Of a stretch of DNA of 64,000 nt, positions 48,474 through 61,165 are shown one piece after another. Under the pieces are notes generated by a model. The model made no database searches. It worked only from the letters and a program-made list of their open reading frames with translations, and was not told the origin of the DNA. Source of the DNA: Bordetella parapertussis. GTDB lineage: Bacteria > Pseudomonadota > Gammaproteobacteria > Burkholderiales > SG8-41. Each line of letters starts with the position of its first letter. The first letter of the stretch is position 1. The DNA is taken from assembly GCA_945906935.1 (NCBI GenBank), contig CAMDSO010000002.1:36126-100125 (forward strand), read 5' to 3'. The position numbers and the translations under genes are program-made.

Positions 48474-50203
48474 GCGTGCGCACACTGCAGAGGCCGGTGA
48501 TCGCGCACGCACGCTGGCGCGCACGGCTGGTGCTGGGATTGCTCTTGCTCACCTTTGCGTTATTGATCGCGCGCGCTGTTTACCTGCAGGGCATGCATAA
48601 CGATTTCCTGCAGCAGAAGGGCGAGTCACGCTACAGCCGGGTGCTGGAGATGCCGGCAACGCGCGGCATGATCACCGATCGCAACCGCGATCCGCTTGCC
48701 ATCTCAACGCCGGTTGTATCCGTATGGGTCACCCCCTCGGCGTTGGATCTAAGCGCCGAAAACATCCAGCCGCTGGCGCGTTTGCTCGAAATGAGTCCGA
48801 CCGAACTGGCGAAAAAGCTTGCCGATCCGCAGCGTGATTTCGTCTATCTGAAGCGCCATCTGCCGCCGGAGGATGCGGCGAAGGTCATGGCGCTCGGTGT
48901 GCCCGGAATTTCCTTGCAGCGTGAATACCGGCGCTACTATCCGGGCGGCGAGTTGTTCTCGCATTTGGTTGGTTTTACCGACGTTGACGACAAGGGGCAG
49001 GAGGGCCTTGAGTTGGCGCTCGAGTCGGAGATTGCCGGCAAGCCGGGTAGTCGTCGCGTGATTCGGGACCGCCGCGGTTACATCATTGAAGACGTTGAAA
49101 GCATCCGCAAGCCGCAGGATGGTCGCGACACCGTGCTCTCGATCGACGCCCGCATTCAGAACATCGCTTTTCGCGAATTGAAAAATGCCGTCTCTCAACA
49201 TCAGGCTAAGGCCGGCAGCGTGGTGGTGCTCGATGCGCTCACTGGCGAGATTTTGGCGCTGGCGAATCTGCCCACCTATAACCCGAACAACCGCGGCAAC
49301 CTGGATCCCAAGCGCATGCGTAACCGCGCGGTAACCGATTTGTTCGAGCCCGGTTCCACGCTCAAGCCTTTTACCGCGGCGACAGCACTGGAGGCTGGAT
49401 TGTTTCGCTCTGACACCGTGATCCAGACCGGTAACGGCACCTTGACCATCGGCACCGCCACCATCCACGATGCTCATCCGGCGGGGGCGTTGACAGTTGC
49501 GCAGGTCATCCAAAAATCTTCCAATGTGGGCGCGGCCAAGATGGCGCTGGCATTGCCCTCGGTCAAGATGTGGGAGATGTTCAATGGCGTCGGCTTTGGC
49601 GCCTTGCCGAACGCCGGCTTTCCAGGTGAGGCCAAGGGCCGCCTGCGGCCGCACGCCGGATGGAAGCCGATCGAACAGGCGACGATGTCATATGGTCATG
49701 GCATTTCAGTGAGCCTGTTGCAACTGGCACATGCTTACATGGTGTTCGCCAGCGACGGCGAGATACGTCCGTTATCGCTATTTCGCCGCGAGGGTCCTGC
49801 CGAGGCGACCCGCGTGATGTCCGCGGTGACTGCGCAGCAGGTGCGCAGGATGCTCGAGCTGGCGGTGCTCCCCGGTGGTACCGCACCCAAAGCGCAGGTG
49901 GCCGGTTATCGCGTCGGCGGCAAAACCGGCACCGCGCACAAACTCGACGGCGCTTCTTATGCCGCCAATAAATACGTGGGTTCGTTTGTCGGTTTGGCGC
50001 CGGCTTCAGCGCCACGCCTGATCGTTGCCGTCATGATCGACGAACCCACAACCGGCGGCTATTACGGCGGCATAGTAGCGGCACCAGCCTTCAGTAACGT
50101 CATGGCCGGTGCGCTTAGATTACTTGGTGTCAAACAGGATGCGCCGCTCAATAATGTGATTCTGCCGCCGCCCAGCGCGCCCGAAATACGGGAGGAAGTC
50201 TGA
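48470..50203 (+). CDS. ftsI: Peptidoglycan D,D-transpeptidase FtsI (PBP3)
   Basis: RGMITDRN, FEPGSTLKP (SxxK), SSN, KTGTA. Confidence 0.95.
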   Translation: MSVRTLQRPVIAHARWRARLVLGLLLLTFALLIARAVYLQGMHNDFLQQKGESRYSRVLEMPATRGMITDRNRDPLAISTPVVSVWVTPSALDLSAENIQPLARLLEMSPTELAKKLADPQRDFVYLKRHLPPEDAAKVMALGVPGISLQREYRRYYPGGELFSHLVGFTDVDDKGQEGLELALESEIAGKPGSRRVIRDRRGYIIEDVESIRKPQDGRDTVLSIDARIQNIAFRELKNAVSQHQAKAGSVVVLDALTGEILALANLPTYNPNNRGNLDPKRMRNRAVTDLFEPGSTLKPFTAATALEAGLFRSDTVIQTGNGTLTIGTATIHDAHPAGALTVAQVIQKSSNVGAAKMALALPSVKMWEMFNGVGFGALPNAGFPGEAKGRLRPHAGWKPIEQATMSYGHGISVSLLQLAHAYMVFASDGEIRPLSLFRREGPAEATRVMSAVTAQQVRRMLELAVLPGGTAPKAQVAGYRVGGKTGTAHKLDGASYAANKYVGSFVGLAPASAPRLIVAVMIDEPTTGGYYGGIVAAPAFSNVMAGALRLLGVKQDAPLNNVILPPPSAPEIREEV

Positions 50204-51705
50204 TGACTCTCTCGCGTAACCGTTCTTTGACTGGTGTTGCCAAGATGAGCGCTGCAGAGCGCGCGGCAATCGACGCGCTGCACATCCGCCATCTAACGTC
50301 CGACAGTCGAGCGGTCAAACGCGGCGATACCTTTGTCGCTTACTGCGGAGAGTCGCGCGACGGGCGTGAATACATCGGCCAGGCGATCGCCGCCGGCGCG
50401 TCATCCGTGCTGTGGGAGAAACGCGGCTTCAAATGGAATGCGGCGTGGAAATTACCGAATCTCGGTGTCTCTGCATTACGCACCCGCGCCGCGTTGATTG
50501 CCGGCCATGTCTACGCGCATCCCGGACGCCGCCTGCGCATGATTGGTGTGACGGGTACCAACGGCAAGACCACCTGCAGTCAGTGGATTGCGCGTGCGCT
50601 TAACCAACGTGCGGTGCGCACCGCGGTCATCGGTACGCTGGGCTATGGTTTGAACGGTAGATTGCGGCCCCTCGTCAACACAACACCGGACGGTCTGTGG
50701 TTGCAGGCGCAGCTCGCAACCTTTGTCGAGCGTGGCGCCGCCGCCGTCAGCATGGAAGTCTCGTCGATCGGTCTCGATCAGGGGCGGGTCAGCGGCGTGC
50801 CGTTTGAGATCGCGTTGTTTACCAATCTGACGCGCGATCATCTCGATTACCACCGCACGATGGCGAACTACAAGCGTGCCAAGGCGCAGTTGTTCGCCGC
50901 CGATACGCTCACGCATGCGTTGCTCAATTTCGATGACCCGTTTGGCGTTGAACTTGCCGGCCAGATCAAGCGACGCGGCTTGAAGATCGTCGGCTATGGT
51001 TTTGAGGGGTTCGCGCCGGCGCTGCGTCGGCTGCCCCAAGTGCGCGGCAGCGGTTTACGTTGCGCCGCCGATGGCGTGCATTTTGAGGTCTCAACGCCCT
51101 GGGGTGACGCCGTCGTGAGCAGCCGCGTGCTGGGTCGCCACAATGCGTCGAATTTGCTGGCAATGCTTGCCGTATTGCTCGTCTGTGATGTCAGACTGAG
51201 GGACGCGGTGGCGGCATTGGCCGAGGTCGAGGCGGTGCCCGGACGCATGCAGCGCGTGGGTGGCGGCCGTCGACCGCTGGTGGTGGTTGATTACGCGCAC
51301 ACGCCGGATGCGCTTGAAAATGTGTTGCGCACCCTGCGCGATCTCACCACGGGTGAATTGTGGTGTGTGTTTGGCTGCGGCGGCGAGCGCGATCGCGGCA
51401 AGCGTCCGCAGATGGGCGAGGCCGCCTCAAGGCTCGCGGACCGCGTGATTGTCACCAACGATAATCCGCGTTTTGAAAACCCGCGCAGCATTATTAATGA
51501 AGTGCGACGTGGCTTACGCGGTCGCTGCAGCGTGGAATTGGATCGTTATCGTGCGATCGCAGCCGCGCTTGGCGCGGCGCGGCGTGGCGATATTGTGCTG
51601 ATCGCCGGCAAGGGACACGAGTCCTATCAGGAAATTCGCGGCGTGCGCCATCCGTTCAGTGATGTGCTGGTTGCGCGGCACGTGTTGCGGGAGATGGCGG
51701 CATGA
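50203..51705 (+). CDS. murE: UDP-MurNAc-dipeptide--meso-DAP ligase
   Basis: GVTGTNGKTT, MEVSS, DYAHTPDA, DNPR (mDAP), AGKGHE. Confidence 0.95.
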   Translation: MTLSRNRSLTGVAKMSAAERAAIDALHIRHLTSDSRAVKRGDTFVAYCGESRDGREYIGQAIAAGASSVLWEKRGFKWNAAWKLPNLGVSALRTRAALIAGHVYAHPGRRLRMIGVTGTNGKTTCSQWIARALNQRAVRTAVIGTLGYGLNGRLRPLVNTTPDGLWLQAQLATFVERGAAAVSMEVSSIGLDQGRVSGVPFEIALFTNLTRDHLDYHRTMANYKRAKAQLFAADTLTHALLNFDDPFGVELAGQIKRRGLKIVGYGFEGFAPALRRLPQVRGSGLRCAADGVHFEVSTPWGDAVVSSRVLGRHNASNLLAMLAVLLVCDVRLRDAVAALAEVEAVPGRMQRVGGGRRPLVVVDYAHTPDALENVLRTLRDLTTGELWCVFGCGGERDRGKRPQMGEAASRLADRVIVTNDNPRFENPRSIINEVRRGLRGRCSVELDRYRAIAAALGAARRGDIVLIAGKGHESYQEIRGVRHPFSDVLVARHVLREMAA

Positions 51706-53063
51706 TGATGCGTCTGTCCGAACTGGCTGCCATGCTGGCCGCGCCTTTGCGTGGCACCGATGTTGGATTCGCCACGGTCAGTACCGACACCCGCAACATA
51801 CGGCCGGGGGATTTGTTTATCGCCTTAAAGGGCGAGCGGTTTGACGCCCACGCTTTTGTTGCCGAGGCCGCCAAAGCCGGTGCGGTGGCCGCCCTGGTCG
51901 AGCACGCCGTCGAAGCAGCGATACCGCAAATAGTGGTGGGCAGCACGCAGGAGGCGTTGGCGACGCTGGGTGCGCATTGGCGTGGCCGCTTCAATATGCC
52001 CCTGATCGCTCTTACCGGTAGTAACGGCAAGACGACGGTCAAGGAAATGCTGGCGTCGATTTTGCGCGCCCAGGCTGGAGGCGACAGCGTACTGGCGACA
52101 CGCGGCAATCTGAACAATCATATTGGTGTGCCCTTGATGCTGCTGGAGCTGCGCGAGGCTCATCGGTATGCGGCCATCGAGATGGGCATGAACCATCCGG
52201 GCGAGATCGCCCAACTCGCCGCCATCGGACGGCCCACTGTTGCCCTGGTCAATAACGCCCAGCGCGAACACATGGAATTCATGGCGAGCGTCGAGGCGGT
52301 GGCGCGCGAAAATGCAGCGGTGTTTGATGCCTTGCCCGCCGACGGTAGCGCGGTGGTCAATGCCGACGACGCCTATGCGGATTATTTTCGCGAGGCCGCA
52401 GGTGCGCATCGCATCGTTGACTTTGGGTTGGAGCGGCCGGCGGCGGTCAGCGGCGGCTATGTACTGCAAAATCTGTCGAGTGAAATCCGCTTGCGCACGC
52501 CGGCCGGCCAAGCGGCGCTGACGCTGGCTATCCCCGGTCTGCACAATGTGCGCAATGCGCTCGCTGCCTGCGCTTGCGCGCATGCCGTGGGTATAACGCC
52601 GGCGGTGATGCGCGAAGGACTGGAAAATTTCCGTCCCTTTACCGGTCGTCTGCAGGTCAAGCGCGCAGTCAATGGCGCGACAGTGATCGACGACACCTAT
52701 AACGCCAATCCCGATTCGGTGCGTGCCGCCATCGATGTGCTGGCCCGCTGTGCGCCGCCGACGCTGCTGGTGCTGGGCGATATGGGTGAGGTCGGTGATC
52801 GGGCTGCCGCTTTCCATCAGGAGGTCGGTGCTTACGCGCACAGCCGCCAGGTCTCGGCGCTGTGTGCGTTTGGCGAGCACACCGCCGCCGCGGTTGAAGC
52901 ATTTGGGGCTGCGGCGACGAAGTCCGACTCGATCGAAGAATTACTCGATGCGGTGCGCGCAGGCGCGACGCCGCATACAACAGTACTCGTCAAGGGATCG
53001 CGTTTCATGCGCATGGAGCGCGTGGTGCAGGCCCTGACGGGTGAGGCGGGAGGAGTGCACTGA
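51702..53063 (+). CDS. murF: UDP-MurNAc-tripeptide--D-Ala-D-Ala ligase
   Basis: [36 protein letters not shown]. Confidence 0.95.
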   Translation: MMMRLSELAAMLAAPLRGTDVGFATVSTDTRNIRPGDLFIALKGERFDAHAFVAEAAKAGAVAALVEHAVEAAIPQIVVGSTQEALATLGAHWRGRFNMPLIALTGSNGKTTVKEMLASILRAQAGGDSVLATRGNLNNHIGVPLMLLELREAHRYAAIEMGMNHPGEIAQLAAIGRPTVALVNNAQREHMEFMASVEAVARENAAVFDALPADGSAVVNADDAYADYFREAAGAHRIVDFGLERPAAVSGGYVLQNLSSEIRLRTPAGQAALTLAIPGLHNVRNALAACACAHAVGITPAVMREGLENFRPFTGRLQVKRAVNGATVIDDTYNANPDSVRAAIDVLARCAPPTLLVLGDMGEVGDRAAAFHQEVGAYAHSRQVSALCAFGEHTAAAVEAFGAAATKSDSIEELLDAVRAGATPHTTVLVKGSRFMRMERVVQALTGEAGGVH

Positions 53064-53130
53064 TGAGAATAGCGGAATACCCAAGCCAACGCCGGCTGAC
53101 CGCCGCGGCACCGGTAAGTGGAGCGCATAC

Positions 53131-54216
53131 ATGCTGCTAGAACTCGCGCAGTGGCTGGCGAAGGACATCCGCGCCTTCAATGTGTTTGGCTATATCACCC
53201 TGCGTGCGGTGCTGGCCTGTCTGACCGCGCTGATGATTACTTTTTTGGTCGGTCCGGCGATGATCCGCCGCCTGACCTCATACAAGATCGGTCAGGCGGT
53301 GCGCAGCGATGGTCCGCAATCGCACCTCTCGAAGGCCGGTACACCGACCATGGGTGGCGCGCTTATTCTGGTGGCGGTCGGGATTACCACGCTGTTGTGG
53401 TCCGATCTTGAAAATCGTTTTGTCTGGGTGGTGCTGGCGGTAACGCTGGGTTTCGGTGCCATCGGCTGGGTGGATGACTATCGCAAGGTCGTCAATCGCG
53501 ATCCGAAGGGCCTGTCGGCAAGAGCCAAGTTTTTCTACCAGTCACTGATCGGTGTTGGCGCCGCCTATGTGATTACTTTCAGTACCAACCTGCCGGCGCA
53601 GACCGAGTTCATCGTGCCGTTTTTCAAGAACGTCGGCTATCCCTTGGGCATCATCGGTTTCATGGTGCTGACCTATTTCGTCATTGTTGGCACCAGCAAC
53701 GCGGTCAATCTCACCGACGGACTCGACGGGCTGGCGATCATGCCGACGGTAATGATCAGCGGCGCGCTGGGCATTTTTGCCTATGTCGCGGGCCATGCGG
53801 TGTTTGCCAAATATCTGGGTTTTCCGTACATCCCGGGTGCGGGCGAGTTGGCGGTGTTCTGCGGTGCGATTTCCGGTGCCGGTCTCGCCTTTCTCTGGTT
53901 CAACGCCTATCCCGCCGAAGTGTTCATGGGAGACGTCGGCGCGCTCGCGCTGGGGGCGGCGCTGGGTACGGTGGCGGTTATTGTGCGCCAGGAAATCGTT
54001 CTTTTCATCATGGGCGGGGTGTTCGTGGTGGAGACGCTCTCGGTGATGCTGCAGGTGGCTTCATTCAAGCTTACCGGCAAACGCATCTTTCGCATGGCGC
54101 CGTTGCACCATCACTATGAATTGAAGGGCTGGAAAGAGAACCAGGTCGTCGTGCGTTTCTGGATCATCACGATGATGCTGGTATTGGTTGGTTTGTCGAC
54201 GCTCAAATTGCGGTAG
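53131..54216 (+). CDS. mraY: Phospho-MurNAc-pentapeptide transferase
   Basis: [34 protein letters not shown]. Confidence 0.96.
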   Translation: MLLELAQWLAKDIRAFNVFGYITLRAVLACLTALMITFLVGPAMIRRLTSYKIGQAVRSDGPQSHLSKAGTPTMGGALILVAVGITTLLWSDLENRFVWVVLAVTLGFGAIGWVDDYRKVVNRDPKGLSARAKFFYQSLIGVGAAYVITFSTNLPAQTEFIVPFFKNVGYPLGIIGFMVLTYFVIVGTSNAVNLTDGLDGLAIMPTVMISGALGIFAYVAGHAVFAKYLGFPYIPGAGELAVFCGAISGAGLAFLWFNAYPAEVFMGDVGALALGAALGTVAVIVRQEIVLFIMGGVFVVETLSVMLQVASFKLTGKRIFRMAPLHHHYELKGWKENQVVVRFWIITMMLVLVGLSTLKLR

Positions 54217-54219
54217 CAA

Positions 54220-55602
54220 ATGCTGGCACTGAACGGCAGAAAGGTAATCGTGCTTGGATTGGGTGACACCGGATTGTCGATGGCGCGCTGGCTCAGCGCG
54301 CGCGGCGCCCGCGTCACCGTCGCCGACACGCGTGCCCGTCCGCCGCATGCTGCGCTGCTGGCGCGTGAGCTGCCGCAGGTCGCACTTGAATGTGGTGAGA
54401 TCGCCGCTGACAGTCTGCGTCAGGCTGATCTCATCGCCATTAGTCCCGGTATTGACCGGCGCATGCCTGCAGTGGCCGATGCCGTCGCGCGTGGTACGCC
54501 CGTGGCTGGTGATGTTGAATTGCTGGCGCAGGCGCTGCGTCAGATGCGCGTGCGGCCGCGGGTGATTGCCATCACCGGCACCAACGGTAAAAGCACGGTG
54601 ACGCAGATGGCGGGCGATATCTGTGTCGCCGCCGGCCGCCGCACCATAGTCGCCGGCAATATCGGCACACCGGTGCTCGAGGCGCTCGAGGCGGCGCAAA
54701 GCAGCGGCGAGCCGCCCGAGGTGTTTGTGCTCGAACTGTCGAGCTTTCAGTTGGAAAGCACCGCAAGCCTTGATGCCGATGCGGCGGCCATGCTGAATTT
54801 GTCCGAAGACCATTTGGATCGCTACGACAGTATTGAAGATTACGCCCGAGCCAAGCAGCGTGTCTTCATCGGCAATGGCGCTCAGATTATCAACCGTGCC
54901 GACACACGCAGTGCGGGTATGGCGTTGGCCGGACGCGCCGTGCATCGCTTTGGCACGGATGCTCCGCACGGTGAGCGTGATTGGGGGATAGTCGGCGAAG
55001 GTGACGGTGCCGCGCTGATGCGCCACGACCAGGCGCTGCTGCCGCTGACGCAATTGCCGGTGGCAGGATTGCACAACGCAGCCAATGCGCTGGCGGCAGG
55101 CGCGTTGTGCCACGCGATCGGTATTGATGACGCTGCCATGGTGCAGGCGTTACGTGTCTTCAAGGGCCTGCCGCATCGGGTCGAAAAAATCACCACCATC
55201 GCTGGTGTGACCTACTACGACGATTCGAAGGGCACTAACGTTGGTTCGACCGTGGCGGCGCTGGGGGGCTTTACGCAGCCAGTGGTGTTGATCGCAGGCG
55301 GCGATGGCAAGGGGCAGGATTTCACGCCGTTGCGTGAGCCGGTGCGTCGGCGTGCCCGCGCGGTGGTGCTGATCGGTCGCGATGCCGGGTTGATGGCCGC
55401 CGCGATCGACGGTTGCGGCGTGCCCTGTATCAACGCCGCCGATATGGATGATGCGATCGGCCGCGCTCAGGCGCTGGCCAAAGCCGGTGACGCCGTGCTG
55501 CTGTCGCCGGCCTGCGCGAGTTTTGACATGTTCCGCAATTACCACCATCGCGGCGAAGTGTTTGCCGACGCGGTGAGAAAGCGGGCCGGTCATGGGCGCT
55601 GA
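54220..55602 (+). CDS. murD: UDP-MurNAc-L-Ala--D-Glu ligase
   Basis: [37 protein letters not shown]. Confidence 0.95.
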   Translation: MLALNGRKVIVLGLGDTGLSMARWLSARGARVTVADTRARPPHAALLARELPQVALECGEIAADSLRQADLIAISPGIDRRMPAVADAVARGTPVAGDVELLAQALRQMRVRPRVIAITGTNGKSTVTQMAGDICVAAGRRTIVAGNIGTPVLEALEAAQSSGEPPEVFVLELSSFQLESTASLDADAAAMLNLSEDHLDRYDSIEDYARAKQRVFIGNGAQIINRADTRSAGMALAGRAVHRFGTDAPHGERDWGIVGEGDGAALMRHDQALLPLTQLPVAGLHNAANALAAGALCHAIGIDDAAMVQALRVFKGLPHRVEKITTIAGVTYYDDSKGTNVGSTVAALGGFTQPVVLIAGGDGKGQDFTPLREPVRRRARAVVLIGRDAGLMAAAIDGCGVPCINAADMDDAIGRAQALAKAGDAVLLSPACASFDMFRNYHHRGEVFADAVRKRAGHGR

Positions 55603-56767
55603 GACCCTGTTCTACAGCGATGTCAAAGACCGTTCGGTGAGCGTTACCTATGACTTTGCACTGGTGTGGGCGGTCTTGTTGCTACTAGCACTCGGTCTGG
55701 TCATGGTCTATTCATCGTCGATCGCTATTGCCGAAGGCGGCCGTTCATACGGCCAGCAGCCAGCTTATTTTCTGCTGCGGCAGGGCGCTTATCTCGCGGT
55801 CAGTTTTGTGCTCGCCATGGCGGCGTTCCAGGTGCCAGTCGCGGTCTGGCAGAAAGGCGCGCTCTATCTGTTCCTGCTCGGCGTCGGTTTGCTGGCGCTG
55901 GTGCTGATTCCCGGAGTCGGGCGGGAAGTCAACGGCAGCCAGCGCTGGTTGTCGCTGTTCGTGGTGAATTTTCAGCCCTCCGAGATCATGAAGTTTTTCG
56001 CCGTGATTTATGCCGCCGATTACACGGTGCGCAAGGCCGGCGATATGCATAGCGTTAGCAAGGGTTTTCTGCCCATGTTCGGCGTAATGTTTTTGGTCAG
56101 TGCCTTGTTGTTACGCGAGCCAGATTTTGGGGCGTTTGCCGTGATCACCGTGATTGCGATGGGCATACTCTTTTTGGGCGGTATGAGCGTGCGCCTGTTT
56201 GTCGGTCTGATTCTGTTGCTGGCGGTGGGCTTCGTTCTGCTGATCTGGTTTTCCCCGTATCGACTGCAGCGCGTGGTTGGTTTCATGGACCCGTGGGCCG
56301 ATCCGTATGGCAAGGGTTATCAGCTCTCGCACGCGCTGATCGCCTTCGGTCGCGGCGAGTGGCTGGGCGTTGGACTGGGCGCCAGTGTCGAAAAACTCTT
56401 CTACCTGCCTGAGGCTCATACCGATTTCCTGCTCGCCGTGATTGCCGAGGAACTCGGCTTCGTCGGTGTTCTGATGGTGATTCTGGCGTTCTCATTCATT
56501 GTTGCGCGTGCATTCGCGATCGGCCGCCAGGCGTCGCAACTCGGGCAGCATTTTGCCGCGCTGGCGGCGCAGGGCATCGGCATCTGGATCGGCGTGCAGA
56601 CCATCATCAACATGGGCGTCAACATGGGCGTGTTGCCGACCAAGGGCCTGACCCTGCCGCTACTTTCATATGGCGGCAGCAGTATCGCCGCGAATTGTTG
56701 CGCGCTGGCAGTGTTGCTGCGCATCGATTGGGAAAATCGCAGCATGATGCGGGGAACCAAGGTATGA
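55592..56767 (+). CDS. ftsW: Peptidoglycan polymerase FtsW
   Basis: SEDS family: [26 protein letters not shown]. Confidence 0.95.
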   Translation: MGAETLFYSDVKDRSVSVTYDFALVWAVLLLLALGLVMVYSSSIAIAEGGRSYGQQPAYFLLRQGAYLAVSFVLAMAAFQVPVAVWQKGALYLFLLGVGLLALVLIPGVGREVNGSQRWLSLFVVNFQPSEIMKFFAVIYAADYTVRKAGDMHSVSKGFLPMFGVMFLVSALLLREPDFGAFAVITVIAMGILFLGGMSVRLFVGLILLLAVGFVLLIWFSPYRLQRVVGFMDPWADPYGKGYQLSHALIAFGRGEWLGVGLGASVEKLFYLPEAHTDFLLAVIAEELGFVGVLMVILAFSFIVARAFAIGRQASQLGQHFAALAAQGIGIWIGVQTIINMGVNMGVLPTKGLTLPLLSYGGSSIAANCCALAVLLRIDWENRSMMRGTKV

Positions 56768-57837
56768 GCGCTAACCCCACCATCATGATGATGGCCGGCG
56801 GTACGGGCGGTCATATCTTTCCCGCGCTGGCGGTTGCCGCAGTACTGGCGGCACGCGGCTGGAAAATTGTGTGGCTTGGTTCGCCCGGTGGCATGGAAGC
56901 AAGGCTGGTGCCGCAGCACGGTTACACCATGGCCTGGGTCAGCATGAGCGGGGTGCGCGGCAAAGGTCTGCTGCGTCTGGCCATGTTGCCGCTGCATCTC
57001 CTGATTGCATTCTGGCAGGCGGCGCGCGGCATACTGGCGCACCGTCCGCAGGTGGTGCTGGGCATGGGCGGCTATATCTCTTTCCCGGGTGGCATGATGG
57101 CGGCCTTGTTCAATACGCCGCTGGTGATCCACGAACAAAATTCAGTCGCCGGGATGGCCAACCGCGTGCTGGCGAAGCTCGCCGACCGCGTGCTCGCCGG
57201 ATTCCCCGCGGCGTTCGCCGACGGCCGTGGCCTGTGGACCGGTAACCCGGTGCGCGCCGACATCGCCGCATTGCCGGCGCCGGCGCAACGATATGCCGGT
57301 CGCAGCGGCCCGCTGCGGCTGACGGTGATCGGCGGCAGTCTGGGTGCGCAGGCATTGAACAGTACGGTGCCGCAGGCGCTTGCATTGATTCCGGCCGCTG
57401 TGCGCCCGCAGGTGACGCATCAGTCCGGCGAACGTCATCTGGCCGCGGTCGAGCAGCAATACCGCGAGGCCGGTGTCGAGGCGACCTTGCTGCCCTTCAT
57501 CGACAACATGGCCGCCCAGTACGGTGAGGCCGATCTTGTGATTTGCCGCGCCGGCGCCTCGACCATCGCCGAGTTGGCCGCCGCTGGTGTCGCCAGTGTG
57601 TTGGTGCCGTTTCCGCATGCCGTCGATGATCATCAAACGCATAACGCGCGCTTTCTGGCCGAACGCGGTGCCGCCGTGTTGATCCCGCAGCATGAACTGA
57701 CCGCGCAAAAGCTCGCCGAGTTCTTGCAGACCATCAATCGCGACGGCTTGCTCGAGATGGCGAACAAGGCGCGCAGCGTCGCCAAGCCGGACGCAACGCA
57801 AACCGTGGCTGAAGAATGCATGAGGCTGGCGGCATGA
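56764..57837 (+). CDS. murG: Undecaprenyl-PP-MurNAc-pentapeptide GlcNAc transferase
   Basis: [30 protein letters not shown]. Confidence 0.96.
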   Translation: MSANPTIMMMAGGTGGHIFPALAVAAVLAARGWKIVWLGSPGGMEARLVPQHGYTMAWVSMSGVRGKGLLRLAMLPLHLLIAFWQAARGILAHRPQVVLGMGGYISFPGGMMAALFNTPLVIHEQNSVAGMANRVLAKLADRVLAGFPAAFADGRGLWTGNPVRADIAALPAPAQRYAGRSGPLRLTVIGGSLGAQALNSTVPQALALIPAAVRPQVTHQSGERHLAAVEQQYREAGVEATLLPFIDNMAAQYGEADLVICRAGASTIAELAAAGVASVLVPFPHAVDDHQTHNARFLAERGAAVLIPQHELTAQKLAEFLQTINRDGLLEMANKARSVAKPDATQTVAEECMRLAA

Positions 57838-59249
57838 AACACAAAGTCAAAAAAGTCCACTTCGTCGGCATCGGCGGCGCTGGTATGAGCGGTATTGCCG
57901 AGGTGATGCTGAATCTCGGGTATGAGATCAGCGGCTCCGATTTGAGCGAGGGGGCGGCCACCCTGCGCCTGAAAAACCTCGGCGCGACCGTGGTCAAGGG
58001 GCACGCGGCTGAAAACGTCGCCGGGGTGGATGCAGTGGTGGTTTCAAGCGCGGTGAAGGAAGATAACCCCGAGGTGGTTGCTGCGCGTGCGCACAAGATT
58101 CCGGTGGTGCCGCGCGCCATGATGCTCGCCGAATTGATGCGTCTGAAGCAGGGTATCGCGGTTGCCGGTACCCACGGCAAGACCACCACCACCAGTCTGG
58201 TGGCGAGTGTGCTGGCCGAGGCCGGGATGGATCCGACATTTGTCATTGGCGGACGGTTGGAGGCCGCCGGTTCGCACGCCAAACTTGGCAGTGGTGAATT
58301 TATTGTGGTCGAAGCCGACGAGTCCGATGCGTCCTTCCTCTATCTGGCGCCGGTGCTGGCGGTCGTCACCAACATCGACGCCGATCATATGGAAACCTAC
58401 GGCCATTATTTTGGCCGTCTGCGCCAGGCTTTTCTCGATTTCGTGCAGCATCTGCCGTTCTACGGCACCGCGGTGTTGTGTATCGATGACGCCAACGTGC
58501 GCGAAATTTTGCCTGCGATAACCAAGCCGGTGACGACCTATGGATTGTCGGAGGCGGCGCAGATCCGCGCCGTCGATGTGCAAGCCGATGGCGGCCGCAT
58601 GCGGTTTCGCGTGGTGCGCAGCGACGCCCAGGGCACCGCATTGGCTGACCTGAATGTGGTGTTGAACCTTGCCGGTACGCATAACGTACTCAATGCACTG
58701 GCCGCTATTGCGGTGGCGATGGAAGTGGGCGTGCCCGATGCAGCGATCGTCAAAGCGCTCGCGGATTTTCGCGGCGTCGGTCGTCGCTTCCAGCGCCACG
58801 GCGATATTCCCCTCGCCGCTGGTGGCAGTTATACGTTGATCGACGACTACGGCCATCACCCGGTTGAAATGGCGGCGACGCTGGCCGCCGCGCGCGGAGC
58901 CTTCCCGGGCCGGCGCATTGTGCTCGCGTTTCAGCCGCACCGTTATACGCGCACGCGCGATTGTTTCGAAGATTTCGTCAAGGTCTTATCGACCGTTGAC
59001 GTGTTGCTCTTGACCGAGGTCTACAGCGCCGGCGAAGCACCGATTGTCGCCGCCGATGGCCGTGCGCTGATGCGAGCGGTACGGGTGAGCGGCAGGACAG
59101 AACCGATTTTTGTCGAGCAGCCAGCGGATTTTCCGGTCGCGATTGAAGCGGTCGTCAAGGCCGGTGACGTGATGCTGATCATGGGTGCCGGCTCGATCGG
59201 CACGCTGGCCGTTACGCTGGCCAGTCGCGCCCTCGGAGGCAGGGCATGA
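57834..59249 (+). CDS. murC: UDP-MurNAc--L-Ala ligase
   Basis: [38 protein letters not shown]. Confidence 0.96.
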   Translation: MKHKVKKVHFVGIGGAGMSGIAEVMLNLGYEISGSDLSEGAATLRLKNLGATVVKGHAAENVAGVDAVVVSSAVKEDNPEVVAARAHKIPVVPRAMMLAELMRLKQGIAVAGTHGKTTTTSLVASVLAEAGMDPTFVIGGRLEAAGSHAKLGSGEFIVVEADESDASFLYLAPVLAVVTNIDADHMETYGHYFGRLRQAFLDFVQHLPFYGTAVLCIDDANVREILPAITKPVTTYGLSEAAQIRAVDVQADGGRMRFRVVRSDAQGTALADLNVVLNLAGTHNVLNALAAIAVAMEVGVPDAAIVKALADFRGVGRRFQRHGDIPLAAGGSYTLIDDYGHHPVEMAATLAAARGAFPGRRIVLAFQPHRYTRTRDCFEDFVKVLSTVDVLLLTEVYSAGEAPIVAADGRALMRAVRVSGRTEPIFVEQPADFPVAIEAVVKAGDVMLIMGAGSIGTLAVTLASRALGGRA

Positions 59250-59313
59250 GCCGTCGTTTCCAATCGTGGTCTACCGAGCGGTTTGTCGCGCCGCCGGATC
59301 TGACGGGATTGTC

Positions 59314-60261
59314 ATGGACATGAGCGAACTGTTCACAACGCAGAGCAGCCGTCCGCCCATGGCGTTGCGTGGCGCGCTGCGTTTGGACGAGCCGATGGCG
59401 CGTCACCTCAGCTGGCGCGCTGGCGGCTCTGCGCGCCGCGCGTATGTGCCGGCCGATCTCGACGACTTGTGCGCTTTCGTGGCGGCGACGCCGGCCGCCG
59501 AGCCGGTGCTGTTGGTCGGTCTGGGCAGTAATCTGTTGGTGCGCGACACCGGCTTTGAAGGCACGGTGATTTTTACCCATGGTGTGCTGAAGGCGATCCG
59601 TCTTGAGGGCCGCATGATCTACGCCGAGGCGGGTGTGCCGAGTCCAAAGCTCGCGCGTTTTGCTGCCAACCATTCGCACAGCGGCGCTGAATTCATGGCC
59701 GGTATTCCGGGCACTATCGGTGGCGCGCTGGCGATGAACGCGGGTTGTTACGGCGGCGAGACGTGGCAGATCGTGGAGAGTGTGACTACGGTCGATCGAA
59801 AGGGGCGGCTCCGTGAGCGCACGCCGGCGCATTACAAAATCGCCTACCGCCAGGTTGGTCTGCTCGATGGTAGTGAAGAATGGTTTCTCGCCGCGCGCTT
59901 TAGTTTGCCGCGCGGCAATACTGAGGAGTCGCGTGCGGTTATCCGCCGGCTGCTCGAGCAGCGTATTGCTGCGCAACCCCTGAGCCAACCGAACGCCGGT
60001 TCGATTTTCCGCAATCCGCCTGGCGATCATGCCGCGCGCCTGATCGAAGCCTGCGGACTCAAAGGCTATGTCAACGGCGGCGCGATGATTTCCGACAAGC
60101 ACGCCAATTTCATCGTCAATCGTGGCCACGCGACCGCCGCCGATATCGAGACCTTGATCGAGCTGGCGGCGCAGGCCGTGCGCGAAAAATTTTCCATCGT
60201 CCTCGAACGCGAAGTGCGCATCCTTGGTGGTGCCGCCAGCGGCGGAGGTGCGCATGACTGA
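59314..60261 (+). CDS. murB: UDP-N-acetylenolpyruvoylglucosamine reductase
   Basis: [40 protein letters not shown]; start 59314 or 59320. Confidence 0.94.
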   Translation: MDMSELFTTQSSRPPMALRGALRLDEPMARHLSWRAGGSARRAYVPADLDDLCAFVAATPAAEPVLLVGLGSNLLVRDTGFEGTVIFTHGVLKAIRLEGRMIYAEAGVPSPKLARFAANHSHSGAEFMAGIPGTIGGALAMNAGCYGGETWQIVESVTTVDRKGRLRERTPAHYKIAYRQVGLLDGSEEWFLAARFSLPRGNTEESRAVIRRLLEQRIAAQPLSQPNAGSIFRNPPGDHAARLIEACGLKGYVNGGAMISDKHANFIVNRGHATAADIETLIELAAQAVREKFSIVLEREVRILGGAASGGGAHD

Positions 60262-61165
60262 TTTTGGAAAAGTCGCCGTGCTGCTTGGCGGGAAAAGCGC
60301 CGAGCGCGAGATTTCGCTGATGACCGGCGGCAACGTGATCGCAGCCTTGCAACGCAAAGGGCTCGATGTATTGCGCTTCGATCCGGCCGAACGCGCGCTC
60401 AGCGAGCTACGTCAGGAAGGCGTGCAGCGGGTGTTCATCGCCCTGCATGGCCGCCACGGTGAGGATGGCACCGTACAGGGCGCGCTCGAGTGGATGGGCA
60501 TACCGTATACAGGCAGCGGCGTGATGGCGTCGGCACTTTGCATGGATAAGTTGCGGACCAAACTGGTGTGGCAGTCGAGCGGCGTGCCCACGCCGCGCGG
60601 TGAAACGATCAACGCTGAGACCGATTGGGCGGCGCTGGCGCAACGCCTTGGCCTGCCGCTGATCGTCAAGCCGGCGCATGAGGGATCAAGCATCGGCATC
60701 ACCAAGGTCAGCGCGGTAGAGCATCTTCAGGCAGCTTATGCCCTGGCGGCCAAACACGATGCGCTGGTGATTGCCGAAGAGTTCGTCGCCGGTCGCGAAC
60801 TGACGGCGGCTTTTCTCGGTGAGCGTGCGCTGCCGCTGGTGCGGATCGAAGCGCCGCAGGGCAATTACGATTACCAGAATAAATATTTCAACGATGACAC
60901 GCGCTATCACTGCCCGAGCGGCCTGCCCGCAGCCCAGGAAAGTGAAATCCAGGCTCTCGTCATGCGCGCGGTCTACGCGCTGGGCTGCAGCGGCTGGGGG
61001 CGTGCAGATTTGATTTTGCGCGATGACGGCAGCCCCTGGTTGTTGGAAATGAACACCATCCCCGGCATGACCGGCCATTCCCTGGTGCCGATGGCGGCGC
61101 GTGCCGCAGGTATCGATTTTGATGACCTGGCGTTGCGCATATTGGAGCTCGCGCATGTGGGATAG
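60254..61165 (+). CDS. ddl: D-alanine--D-alanine ligase
   Basis: [39 protein letters not shown]. Confidence 0.96.
   Translation: MTDFGKVAVLLGGKSAEREISLMTGGNVIAALQRKGLDVLRFDPAERALSELRQEGVQRVFIALHGRHGEDGTVQGALEWMGIPYTGSGVMASALCMDKLRTKLVWQSSGVPTPRGETINAETDWAALAQRLGLPLIVKPAHEGSSIGITKVSAVEHLQAAYALAAKHDALVIAEEFVAGRELTAAFLGERALPLVRIEAPQGNYDYQNKYFNDDTRYHCPSGLPAAQESEIQALVMRAVYALGCSGWGRADLILRDDGSPWLLEMNTIPGMTGHSLVPMAARAAGIDFDDLALRILELAHVG

Noticed and set aside
59212-60357. Long antisense and alternate-frame ORFs, here and for example at 43784-44887, 54061-55113, 51825-52880 and 48749-49654
   Set aside because: They shadow well-supported genes, which is expected in GC-rich DNA with few stop codons. 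No recognisable motifs.
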